The notes beneath the pieces are model-generated. The model was given only the letters and a program-made list of their open reading frames with translations. It was not told the origin of the DNA and made no database searches. Position numbers and translations under genes: made by a program. A DNA stretch of 63,943 bases, counting the filler, from Actinomycetota bacterium (GTDB lineage: Bacteria; Actinomycetota; Actinomycetes; JAKEEW01), in assembly GCA_046725875.1 (NCBI GenBank). It is 4 parts of 4 records of this genome, joined end to end, with 100 filler letters (N's around TTAATTAATTAA, not from the genome) between each part and the next. Parts side by side here need not be neighbours in the genome. Positions count along the whole stretch, not along the records: positions 30,824 to 40,107 come from JBKOZJ010000148.1; positions 40,208 to 57,043 come from JBKOZJ010000149.1; 2 more parts are not named here. One strand, written 5' to 3'. Shown here piece after piece: positions 38,681 to 47,610 of this stretch (its first letter is position 1; each line of letters starts with the position of its first letter).

Positions 38681-39682
38681 TCACTCGCCAAGGGTCGCGA
38701 CCATTACGGCCTTGATCGTGTGCATCCGATTCTCTGCTTGGTCGAAGACGATCGAGTGTTCGGACTCGAAGACCTCGTCCGTTACCTCCATGCCGTCGAG
38801 GCCGTACTTCTCGAAGATCTCTTCTCCCACCTTGGTCTCGCGATTGTGAAAAGCCGGCAGACAGTGTAGGAACTTGACCTTCGGATTCCCGGTCCGACGG
38901 ATGATGTCGGCATTTACTTGGTACGGCTTGAGGAGTCGGATCCGCTCCTCCCAGACCGACTCGGGCTCGCCCATCGAGACCCACACGTCGGTGTAGAGGT
39001 AATCGACACCCGTCACGCCCTCGTCGACCTCCTCGGTGAGGGTCAGCCGCGCGCCGGTCTCCGCGGCGATTTCGCGGCACGTCTCCACGAGCTTCTCGTC
39101 CGGCCACAGCTCCTCCGGTGCGCACAGCCGAATGTCCATGCCGAGTTTGCAACCGCCAACCATGAGCGAGTTGCTCATGTTGTTGTGCGCGTCGCCGAGA
39201 TAGCAGTACGCGATCTCATTGAGGTGCTTGTCGTTGTGCTCGGTCATCGTGAGAATGTCCGCCAGGAGCTGCGTGGGGTGGAACTCGTTGGTCAGCCCGT
39301 TCCAGACCGGCACGCCGGCATACTGGGCGAGAATCTCGACTGTTTCCTGCGCGAACCCGCGGTACTCGATTCCGTCGAAGCTCCGACCGAGGACGCGGGC
39401 GGTGTCCTTCATGGACTCCTTGTGGCCGATCTGGGATCCGGTCGGCTCCAGGTAGGTGACATGAGCGCCCTGCTGGTGCGCCGCGACTTCGAATGCCGTC
39501 CGCGTACGCGTCGAGGTCTTCTCAAAAATCAGTGCGATGTTCTTGCCGGCCAGGCGGGGCTGCTCGTAACCGCCGTACTTGGCAGCTTTGAGCTCGGCCG
39601 AGAGCTTTAGCAGGAACCGCAGCTCGGCGGGCGTAAAATCGAGCTCTCTGAGGAAGCTCCGGTTCCGCAAGTTGAACGCCAT
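38681..39682 (-). CDS. argF: Ornithine carbamoyltransferase (ArcB/ArgF)
   Basis: [33 protein letters not shown]. Confidence 0.93.
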   Translation of the reverse strand: MAFNLRNRSFLRELDFTPAELRFLLKLSAELKAAKYGGYEQPRLAGKNIALIFEKTSTRTRTAFEVAAHQQGAHVTYLEPTGSQIGHKESMKDTARVLGRSFDGIEYRGFAQETVEILAQYAGVPVWNGLTNEFHPTQLLADILTMTEHNDKHLNEIAYCYLGDAHNNMSNSLMVGGCKLGMDIRLCAPEELWPDEKLVETCREIAAETGARLTLTEEVDEGVTGVDYLYTDVWVSMGEPESVWEERIRLLKPYQVNADIIRRTGNPKVKFLHCLPAFHNRETKVGEEIFEKYGLDGMEVTDEVFESEHSIVFDQAENRMHTIKAVMVATLGE

Positions 39683-39821
39683 AATGTCCTCTTTCCTTCA
39701 TGCCAGGGCCAGGGATCTGCACGGGTAGTTCGGACGCGACCAATCTAAGCGCTGCCGTAGACACCCTGGGTTGGTCGTCCAGAACGTCGCGCCCAGGTTG
39801 ATCCCCCGCTCCATGCGATGA

Positions 39822-40107
39822 CTAAGCCGAGCGGGCGGCCCAGGAGGTAGGTATGTCGGCGCCGCCTTCGGCAGCAACTCGAGCGCCGAAACGCACATGC
39901 GCCGCGTGTGATGAGATCTTCCCGGCGATGAGCGCCTCGCCCTGCCGGAAGGTAGCCGCTGGCTCTAGCAGGCCGGCCGGGACGAAGCCGAAAACCGTAC
40001 GGATGAACGCGAGGTCGGCCGGCGAGTTCATCCGCAGCAGCACCAGGTTGTCGCACTGTGAGACGGCGGTCTCCACCACCTGTTGAGGCCGCTGAGTGGA
40101 CAGAAGC
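39822..40107 (-). CDS. C-terminal part of a HerA/FtsK-like P-loop ATPase (cut by contig end)
   Basis: LLSTQRP...VSQCDNLVLLRMNS...GEALIAG...EGGAD. Confidence 0.7.
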
Positions 40108-40207
40108 NNNNNNNNNNNNNNNNNNNNNNNNNNNNNNNNNNNNNNNNNNNNTTAATTAATTAANNNNNNNNNNNNNNNNNNNNNNNNNNNNNNNNNNNNN
40201 NNNNNNN
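40108..40207. other. Artificial contig linker
   Basis: N run containing TTAATTAATTAA. Confidence 0.98.
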
Positions 40208-40378
40208 GTGAAGGTTCGTTATGGGCCGACAGACACGCTCGTTCCCGCCGGGCATGGCCGCTGGCTCACGGCGCACGTGTCGGGAGCCGTCGAGGACCTG
40301 AAGTACGGCGGCCACCTCAGCGCCTCCCCCGAGGACTACCGGGCCCAGTTCGGCTGGCTCATCGCTGACATGGTTTAG
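40208..40378 (+). CDS. C-terminal tail of an alpha/beta hydrolase (cut by contig start; not in ORF track)
   Basis: VKVRYGPTDTLVPAGHGRWLTAHVSGA...GGHLS carries the catalytic Asp and His segments. Confidence 0.65.
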   Translation: MKVRYGPTDTLVPAGHGRWLTAHVSGAVEDLKYGGHLSASPEDYRAQFGWLIADMV

Positions 40379-40584
40379 GCGGGTCACTGGGTTGGGGGAC
40401 CTGTGCTGCGACGGACGGACGGCCTGAATGGGATCTGCCCCGCCGGACCGACGACCGTTCGCCTGACAATGTGAGCCGGGAAGTCTGAGGATCCAGCCTA
40501 ATCATCGCCGGGAGGGGGTCGGCGATGCCCGGCCCCGGGTGCGGGCGGACTGATTGCCGGCGCCCGGTCTTTTTCGCTAACTCA

Positions 40585-40800
40585 GTGTGACCGGTTCTTC
40601 CACGATGACAGCGGCGAGCACCAGCGCCGGGCCGCTCTGCCAGCCCACCGCGGGAACGGTGGACCATGGCCTAGAAAATCGGCGCGGATTCGAAGATCAA
40701 AGGACCGTCACCTTGACGAAACTGGCTTCTCAGTCAATCTCACGGTCCAGTTATCTTCGAATCGCCTGATCATCTTCGAGCTCGTGGTCCACTGTTGCGG
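40585..40800. repeat. Long-hairpin element, left copy (direct repeat of 42324-42844)
   Basis: GTGTGACCGGTTCTTCC...CAGCGGCGAGCACC head; hairpin GATTCGAAGAT..GGACCGT..TTGAC / GTCAA..ACGGTCC..ATCTTCGAATC. Confidence 0.85.
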
Positions 40801-41096
40801 CCGCAGCCGCACCATCGCCCACGCCGGGGTGCGTCGCAAGTCGGCGGGTTTGACGCCTAAATGAAGACTGGTTCGGCAGCCTCGATTTCGAAGGAATGCG
40901 GCGATCGGGTGCCCGGAGATGCTAGTCACGCGGTTACTCCGAGTTCGTTACCGACGCCATCGCCGTCGGGAGCCATGGTGATCGGCCTTGTCCGCCTTGA
41001 AGGCGAACGCGACGGTGTGTCCGATGTCGACGACCCAGCTGAGCCATGGTCGCTGTTGCAGGCGGCAGCGGCGGTTGCCGGTGGCACAGCCTCAGC

Positions 41097-42014
41097 TCAC
41101 GCCGCGCCTTGATCATGGCGGCGCTGAGCGAGGATCGCCCTTAGCTCGGCACGGACGCGCGCTGGATCGCACAGCTGTGCTGGCGTGAAACGGACGACCA
41201 GAATGCCGCGGGCCATCAGCTGGGCGTCGCGCCTCAGGTCACGCTCACGATCTCCCGCGGACTGGTGCCACTGCGCACCGTCCAACTCGACGTTGACGCA
41301 CTCCTTCACAAAGTACCGGTCGAGATAGACGACACGACCGCCGAGCTCCATCCGCACCTGTGGCTCGGAAGGAGGCAGATCGGGATGGCTGAAGACGTGG
41401 TCGTAGCCCCAGAGCTCCAGTTCGCTGTGACATCCTCCACCGAGGAGGCTGATCAGCCGAACCAGTTCTGCTTTTCCAGCCAGCTTGGGCAGCTGCTTCG
41501 CCGCGGCGAGCAGCCGACCCGCCGTAGTTCGCCTGCCCCTGACCGCCACGATTGCCGGCGCCCGCCGCTCGTCCGGGTCGAGCTGCGGCCAGCTCTCCAC
41601 CACCGCGCGTTCCAGCCGGACGACCGGGAGACCGTGGCGCCACACGGTGCCGTTGGCCAGACCTTCGGAACCAACCCGTCTGTGGATGACCACGCCGGGC
41701 CCGTTCCGCAGGCGACGGTTGCCTGCCACCGTCACGTCGATCGGCTCGTCAGGAGCAGCTGGCCGCAGCCCCCACACTGCGAGGGCGGTCCGATGACTAA
41801 GCGCGCTGCCGTCTCCGGCATAGAACAGGGCAGCACGCCGGATCCGGCCAATTGCCACCATTTCCGGCAGGCAGTAGACCTGCGGAAGCACGCGGATAAC
41901 GTGCCCGGCGGCCACTGCATAGGTCAACACATGCTCGGGGATGCGGCCAACCAAGTCGCGGCGGTGGCAGACCCCGCTACCGTCAGCCAGCAGGCTGGCC
42001 AGGGCATCGTTCAT
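41097..42014 (-). CDS. AbiEi-like N-terminal + DUF559 (Vsr-like endonuclease) protein
   Basis: IRVLPQVY, ALSHRTALAVWGL, HSELE, LD...VELDGAQWH...DLRRDAQLMARGILVVRF. Confidence 0.85.
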   Translation of the reverse strand: MNDALASLLADGSGVCHRRDLVGRIPEHVLTYAVAAGHVIRVLPQVYCLPEMVAIGRIRRAALFYAGDGSALSHRTALAVWGLRPAAPDEPIDVTVAGNRRLRNGPGVVIHRRVGSEGLANGTVWRHGLPVVRLERAVVESWPQLDPDERRAPAIVAVRGRRTTAGRLLAAAKQLPKLAGKAELVRLISLLGGGCHSELELWGYDHVFSHPDLPPSEPQVRMELGGRVVYLDRYFVKECVNVELDGAQWHQSAGDRERDLRRDAQLMARGILVVRFTPAQLCDPARVRAELRAILAQRRHDQGAA

Positions 42015-42323
42015 GCAACCAGGCTCGACCCTGGACTCTCCAGTGGGGCCAGCTTTGTGGGTCGTTGTGGAGAGGCCGCCAGGCTTTCCTATCCCTGTGG
42101 AGAGTTTTGCCATTACGACCTAGAGCGACTCGCCTAGCCACCTGTTGCGAGCCTGCTCGCCAGGACGCTGCTAACAACCTCACCCGTCGCGGGCCAGGCC
42201 CAGGCTCGAATCCGCAAGGCCGCAGCGAGGCCAAGGTAGCGACGCTACGTAGGCAACCAGAACGCGGCCGGGCGGCCTCTATTCTTCACGCCACAGGGTG
42301 GGTTTAGGCAGCGTTCTCGGGCG

Positions 42324-42844
42324 GTGTGACCGGTTCTTCCGCGAGGACAGCGGCGAGCACCGGCCCGGTCCGGAAGTCGTGCCTATCGCGGACCTGGGAG
42401 TGCGCCGAGCGCCAGGCCTCCCGCCAGCCCGCGGCGGGAACGGTGGACCACCGCCCAGAAAATCAGGGGGACGCGTACCCGGCTTCCCGCCTTGGGCCGG
42501 CCGCTCGCCCAGCAGCCCATGGCGGGAAGGGTGGACCAACGCCTCGAGAATCAGGGGGACGCGTACCCGGCTTCCCCCCTTGGGCCGGCCGCTCGCCCAG
42601 CAGCCCTTGGCGGGAAGGGTGGACCATCGCCTCGAGAATCAGGGCGACGCGTACCTGGCTTCCCGCCTTGGGCCGGCCGCTCGCCCAGCAGCCCATGGCG
42701 GGAACGGTGGGCCATGGCCTAGAAAATCCGGGCGGATTCGAAGATCAAAGGACCGTCACCTTGACAAATCTGGCTGCTCGGTCGATGTCACGGTCCACTT
42801 ATCTTCGAATCCGCTGATCATCTTCGAGCTTACGGTCCATCGTT
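42324..42844. repeat. Long-hairpin element, right copy, containing an 88-bp tandem array
   Basis: Same head and hairpin as 40585-40800; GCGGATTCGAAGAT/ATCTTCGAATCCGC is a perfect 14-bp stem. Confidence 0.88.
42425..42728. repeat. 88-bp tandem repeat, three full units plus a partial fourth
   Basis: CAGCCC unit starts at 42425, 42513, 42601, 42689. Confidence 0.92.
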
Positions 42845-42908
42845 CGGAGGGAGACCGATGACAAGCGCCGGCGGGGGTCGAACCAGATGGGAGGCGGCCG
42901 CTCGGCGC

Positions 42909-43197
42909 CTCGAGGCGATGGTTCCGGCGGCTAGTCGGGTGGCTGGAAGCGGTGGTTCCGGCGGCTAGTCGGGTGGCTCGAGGCGGTGGTTCCGGCGGCT
43001 AGTCGGGTGGCTCGAGGCGGTGGTTCCGGCGGCTAGCCGGGTGGCTCGAGGCGATGGTTCCGGCGGCTAGCCGGGTGGCTCGAGGCGATGGTTCCGGCGG
43101 CTAGTCGGGTGGCTGGAGGCGATGGTTCCGGCGGCTAGTCGGGTGGCTCGAGGCGACGGTTCCGGCGGCTAGTCGGGTGGCTCGAAGTGGGTGGTTC
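42909..43197. repeat. 34-bp tandem repeat, 8 units plus a partial, overlapping the citE stop codon
   Basis: Unit CTCGAGGCGRTGGTTCCGGCGGCTAGYCGGGTGG; CTAG recurs every 34 nt from 42931 to 43169. Confidence 0.95.
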
Positions 43198-44125
43198 GGG
43201 TTAGGCCCGCGGCGCGGCCCTGGGCGGCGATGACGAGGGCCATCTTGCGGGACGCCTCGTCGATCATTTCGTCGCCGAGCATCACAGCGCCCCGCATGCC
43301 GCCTTCCGCCGAGGTGTAATAGCCGTACGCATCCAGGATGAGCTCCGCGCGGTCGTAGTCGGCCTGGCTGGGGGCATACACCTCATTCGCCGCATCAATC
43401 TGGCTCGGATGGAGCACCCACTTACCGTCGAACCCCAGCGCCGCCGACCGGGCGGCTACCCGGCGGAACCCGTCAATGTCGCGTATCTGTAGATACGGTC
43501 CGTCGATCGCCTGCAGGTCGTGGGCCCGGGCCGCCATCAAGATGCGCATGAGGATGTAGTGGTAGGCGTCGCCGACTTCGTAGCCGGGCGGCTGCTCCCC
43601 AACCACGAGGGACCGCATGTTGATCGAGGCCATGAAGTCAGCAGGGCCGAAGATGATGGTCTCCAGCCGCGATGAGGCAGCAGCTATCGCGTCCACCGCA
43701 ATCAGCCCTCGCGCGTTCTCGATCTGCGCCTCGATGCCGATGCGGCCGACCGGCAGGCCGACCGTCTGCTCGATTTGGGTGAGCAGCAGGTCGAGCCAGA
43801 CTACCTGCTCGGCGCCCTGCACCTTCGGCAGCATCACGCAGTCCAAGTTGGCGCCAGCGCCCTCAACCACCTCGATGACATCCCGGTATGTCCATCTCGT
43901 GGTCAGGTCGTTCACCCGGACGACCCGTACCTTGCCGCCCCAGTCGCCGCCGTCAAGGGCGGCGACGACGTTCTTCCTCGCGTCCTCCTTGGCGAGCGGC
44001 GCGACCGAGTCCTCCAGGTCGAGGAAGACCTGATCGGCAGGGAGCCCTTGAGCCTTGGCGAGCATCTTGTCGCTGCTGCCGGGCACCGCGAGGCAGGACC
44101 GGCGGGAGCGGAGTACAGACGCCAT
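43169..44125 (-). CDS. citE: CitE-family (HpcH/HpaI aldolase/citrate lyase) CoA-ester lyase
   Basis: RRSCLAVPGS, FLDLEDSVAP, VRVN, LPKV, QIE, GPADF, IDGPY, GKWVLHPSQI. Confidence 0.88.
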   Translation of the reverse strand: MASVLRSRRSCLAVPGSSDKMLAKAQGLPADQVFLDLEDSVAPLAKEDARKNVVAALDGGDWGGKVRVVRVNDLTTRWTYRDVIEVVEGAGANLDCVMLPKVQGAEQVVWLDLLLTQIEQTVGLPVGRIGIEAQIENARGLIAVDAIAAASSRLETIIFGPADFMASINMRSLVVGEQPPGYEVGDAYHYILMRILMAARAHDLQAIDGPYLQIRDIDGFRRVAARSAALGFDGKWVLHPSQIDAANEVYAPSQADYDRAELILDAYGYYTSAEGGMRGAVMLGDEMIDEASRKMALVIAAQGRAAGLTRTTHFEPPD

Positions 44126-44189
44126 GATCGAAGCGTAGCGACCGCGTTATGGGAGCTACGACCCACGGTGACGAAGGTCACGGTCGGCT

Positions 44190-44347
44190 CGGGGAGGTTA
44201 GCCCCTCGCTACTCGCTCGGGCCCGCCCGGTGGCCATTGGCCGGCGGCTCCAAGGCGTCGTCCGGAAGCGGGGAGGTTAGCCCCTCGCTACTCGCTCGGG
44301 CTCGCCCGGTGGCCATTGCCCGGCGGCTCCAAGGCGTCGTCCGGAAG
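44190..44347. repeat. 79-bp tandem duplication of the EamA gene 3' end
   Basis: Units 44190-44268 and 44269-44347 are nearly identical; the stop codon is at 44288-44290. Confidence 0.9.
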
Positions 44348-45256
44348 AATCGCCGAACTGCTCCCGTCGGCTGACACCACGGTCGCGACGCCGGCGAGCA
44401 GTAGCAACGCAGCAGGTATGGCGGCAGGCGGCGGTGCCTGGCCAAGCCAGACCGCGGCGAGGATTGCTGCGATTGGAACCTCGAACAGGATGGCCATTGA
44501 TACGACGGTCGCGCTCGTCGTCTTGAGTACGTGGTTGAAGACTGTGTGGCCGAGAAGCTGCGGTCCCGCCGTCAGTGCGAGCAGCTTCAGCCAATCGTCG
44601 GCCTGATATCCCCCGAGGGGGATACCGACGGCGATGCAGCAGAGCAGGAGTGCCGCCGCGCAGGTCGCATAACAGACCGCGGTGTATGTCGATGTGGAAA
44701 CCCGGCGCCGGACAACTGCGCCCGCCGTCACGTAAGCGGCGGCGAAGGCACCGCCGGCCAGCGCGAGCAGATCACCAGCGAGGGCTCGGCCCGAGACCTG
44801 CAGGTCGATACCCGTCAGCAGGAGCACGCCGGCGAAGGCGACACCTATCCCCACCCAGACCCGATGCGGCACGGCATAGCCGAGGGACCGGGCGATGAGC
44901 GCAGCCCAGATGGGCTGCGTCGACACCAGCGCGATTGAGGAAGCGACGGACGTGTAGTCAAGGCTCGGGATCCAGGTGCCGAAATGCAGAGCGAGAAGCA
45001 GGCCCGCTGCCAGGGCAAGCAACCATTCGATCCGCTCCATCTGGTGCAGCTGTTGCCGGCCTCGGCGGCTCAATCCAGGCAGCGCCACGGCGAGCGTTCC
45101 GAGCATGTTCCGCCAGAACGCGATGGCGAGCGCGGGTACTGCGGTTGCTGCGATCAAGGGCCCGGACGTACCGACTGCCAATGTGCCGACGGACAGCAGG
45201 ACGAGATGCCGCGTTGGCGGCAGCGTCGCAATTCCCGGCCGGACGTCCTCGCTCAC
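44288..45256 (-). CDS. DMT/EamA family transporter
   Basis: About ten hydrophobic helices, LALHFGTWIPSL..TSVA, GDLLALAG, QLLGH. Confidence 0.88.
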   Translation of the reverse strand: MSEDVRPGIATLPPTRHLVLLSVGTLAVGTSGPLIAATAVPALAIAFWRNMLGTLAVALPGLSRRGRQQLHQMERIEWLLALAAGLLLALHFGTWIPSLDYTSVASSIALVSTQPIWAALIARSLGYAVPHRVWVGIGVAFAGVLLLTGIDLQVSGRALAGDLLALAGGAFAAAYVTAGAVVRRRVSTSTYTAVCYATCAAALLLCCIAVGIPLGGYQADDWLKLLALTAGPQLLGHTVFNHVLKTTSATVVSMAILFEVPIAAILAAVWLGQAPPPAAIPAALLLLAGVATVVSADGSSSAILPDDALEPPGNGHRASPSE

Positions 45257-45517
45257 CGCCCAATCCTCACTCGCGCAGACGCCAAAGATCCGAGTCGTCA
45301 GCCCGGCTCCTGGCGAGCGGTGATTCGTGGCGGTGCTTAGGACGCGGCTGAACAACCACATCCTGCTGCGCGACGACCGGACGCCGCCCGGCTGAATTCC
45401 CGGTCGCCCACCTAGTGCTGCCACTTTGGGCTCCCTGCGGCCTTGCCGGATCGACCTCCGGGGTTCCCGCGGTAACGCGCCGCGTTTCGTGGGTGAATAC
45501 CTCGATCACCGCTCGCG

Positions 45518-46132
45518 ATGGGCGAGGTTGTCCAGCAGCGTCCTAGGCTGATCACTGTGGCGGAGGAGTTCGCTCGCGCGTTGGCCGAGGAGGCAACCAA
45601 GAAGGCCGGGCTGGTCTGGCTGACCGTAGCCGGTAGTCCTGGCGCTCACATGTCGGCCAGGACTCCGATCGATACCCGGTCTGCCCAGGCCGTGTGGCAT
45701 GTCTGGCACGAGAGTGCGGTCTGCGTCGTCGGCGGGGGGATCGAGCAACCACTGCCCGACTTCGGTGCTTCCGAGGTCATCGTGACGGTCCCGAGCAAGG
45801 ACAAGGGCGGACGGCTGGTGAGCTGGGTTGCCAAGCCGCGCCGGCTCGAGCCTGGCACCCCAGACTGGAAGTCGGCGGCTGCAGCGCTGCACGCGCAGCG
45901 GCTCAACCCGCCAGATGGCGAGCGAGAGCCGCAGCGCTGGGCCAAGGAGTCGCAGATTTGGCGGCTCGAACCGACCGGCGCGACGGTAGAGCAGCCGGGG
46001 GGAATGCCCGATACAAGCGAAGCGGCCGAGCCCCGACCCACGACTGCAACCACCCGTGGGCCGCTGCCATTCGTGTTCGGTCGCCGCCCCCGCCGGCGGC
46101 GCTCCGAGCGGCTCCTGCCCCCCGACGCTTAG
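45518..46132 (+). CDS. Conserved actinobacterial hypothetical protein
   Basis: EEATKKAGLVWL, VWHVWH, SKDKGGRLVSW, RLN, RWA; usual position before the mgtE-like gene. Confidence 0.7.
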   Translation: MGEVVQQRPRLITVAEEFARALAEEATKKAGLVWLTVAGSPGAHMSARTPIDTRSAQAVWHVWHESAVCVVGGGIEQPLPDFGASEVIVTVPSKDKGGRLVSWVAKPRRLEPGTPDWKSAAAALHAQRLNPPDGEREPQRWAKESQIWRLEPTGATVEQPGGMPDTSEAAEPRPTTATTRGPLPFVFGRRPRRRRSERLLPPDA

Positions 46133-46260
46133 CCCTCCCGGTTTCGCTGGTCAGGATACATGTTCGGCCGCCGGGCGGCGCTCCGAGCGCCTCCTGCCCG
46201 CAGACACCCAACCACTCGCGGTTTCGCAAGCCGGGCGCGCCCCACGAGTAGCCTCGAAGC

Positions 46261-47529
46261 GTGAGTGCGGCCCCGACCCGGATCTTCATTGCGAGGCTGG
46301 CCGGGCTGCCGGTCTTCGCTACCACGGGTGACCAGGTGGGTCGGGTCAGGGACGCCGTCGTGATGCTGCGCCTCGCCGGCCGCCCACCACATGTGGTTGG
46401 CCTCGTCGTCGAGGTTGCTCCGCGTCGGCGCATCTTCCTCCCGATGACGCGGGTGACCCAGATCGACGCGAACGAGGTAATCACGACCGGCCAGGTGGAC
46501 CTCCGCCGTTTCCGCCCGCGGCCGACCGAGACGCTGGTTGTCGGGCAGCTCCTCGACTCCACGGTCAAGCTGATCGACTCCGACCAGCAGGCGACGATCG
46601 TCGACGTGGCGATGGAGCAGAACCGGAGCAAGGACTGGCTGGTGAGCCGGGTCGCAGTCACGAAGGCGAATCGGCGCCGGGGCCTACGCCGTCGCGGCGA
46701 GACCTCGATCGTCGACTGGAGCCAGGTCAGCGGCCTGTCGTTGACCGAAGGCGCGCAGGGTGCCGCCCACCTCCTCGCCACCTTCGAGCAGCTGCGGCCG
46801 GCGGACCTCGCGAATGCGCTGCACGAGCTGACCCCGAAACGCCGCGCCGAAGTGGCGGCGGCACTCGACGATCCACGGCTGGCCGACGTGCTCCAGGAGC
46901 TTCCGGAGACCGAGCAAGTGGAGATCCTGGCCAAGCTGCCCGACTACCGTGCGGCGGACGTACTCGAAGCCATGGACCCGGACGACGCCGCGGACTTGCT
47001 CGGTGACCTGCCGCTGGACGAGGCGGAACGGCTGCTCGCGTTGATGGCGCCGGAGGAGGCGGCGCCGGTGCGGCGCCTTTTGCCGTACGGGGACAAGACG
47101 GCGGGAGGCATGATGACCAGCGAGCCGGTCATTCTCGCGCCCGATGCGACAGTAGCCGATGCGCTTGCCCGGGTGCGTAACCCAGAGCTCACCCCGGCGC
47201 TGGCGAGCTCGGTGTACGTGTGCCGCACGCCGCTCGCCACCCCAACGGGCAAGTATCTCGGCATGGCACATTTCCAGCGTTTGCTCAGGGAACCACCATC
47301 GACCCTCGTCGGCGCCATCCTGGACCTTGACCTGGAGCCGCTGCGACCCGACGATCCCCTTCCGGTCGTGACGAGCTATCTCGCTACATACAATCTGGTC
47401 GCCGCACCGGTGGTCGACGGGGACGACCGGCTGCTTGGAGCCGTCAGCGTTGACGATGTGCTCGACCACCTGCTTCCCGAAGACTGGCGCGAGTCACCGC
47501 CGGTTCCGGTGGGCGAGTCCCATGCCTAG
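46261..47529 (+). CDS. MgtE N-terminal + CBS domain protein (no membrane domain)
   Basis: PRC-like N-terminus, RPADLA, MDPDDAADLL, TAGGMMT, LLGAVSVDDVLD. Confidence 0.88.
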   Translation: MSAAPTRIFIARLAGLPVFATTGDQVGRVRDAVVMLRLAGRPPHVVGLVVEVAPRRRIFLPMTRVTQIDANEVITTGQVDLRRFRPRPTETLVVGQLLDSTVKLIDSDQQATIVDVAMEQNRSKDWLVSRVAVTKANRRRGLRRRGETSIVDWSQVSGLSLTEGAQGAAHLLATFEQLRPADLANALHELTPKRRAEVAAALDDPRLADVLQELPETEQVEILAKLPDYRAADVLEAMDPDDAADLLGDLPLDEAERLLALMAPEEAAPVRRLLPYGDKTAGGMMTSEPVILAPDATVADALARVRNPELTPALASSVYVCRTPLATPTGKYLGMAHFQRLLREPPSTLVGAILDLDLEPLRPDDPLPVVTSYLATYNLVAAPVVDGDDRLLGAVSVDDVLDHLLPEDWRESPPVPVGESHA

Positions 47530-47610
47530 AGCGCCACGACACTCGCCAACGCGCGGATCGCGTCGAACTCTGCTGGATGTGCTGCGCTGAATGTGCTCCG
47601 GGAGGGCCCG

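Noticed and set aside
40160..40387. Minus-strand ORF MTRLNHVSDEP...
   Set aside because: The plus strand encodes a recognisable alpha/beta-hydrolase C-terminus; this ORF is its shadow
41097..42014. Complete type IV toxin-antitoxin system or IS transposase
   Set aside because: No AbiEii nucleotidyltransferase partner, no DDE or HUH motifs, and no terminal inverted repeats with target duplication
42425..42728. 88-bp repeats as a CRISPR repeat-spacer array
   Set aside because: The whole unit is conserved, so there is no variable spacer
42298..42861. ORFs 42298-42861 and 42326-42817 as repeat proteins
   Set aside because: The 88-bp unit is not a multiple of 3, the same peptides recur in different frames, and conservation follows base pairing rather than codons
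42909..43197. 34-bp repeats as a CRISPR array
   Set aside because: Units are head-to-tail with no unique spacers, derive from the citE 3' end, and no cas genes are present
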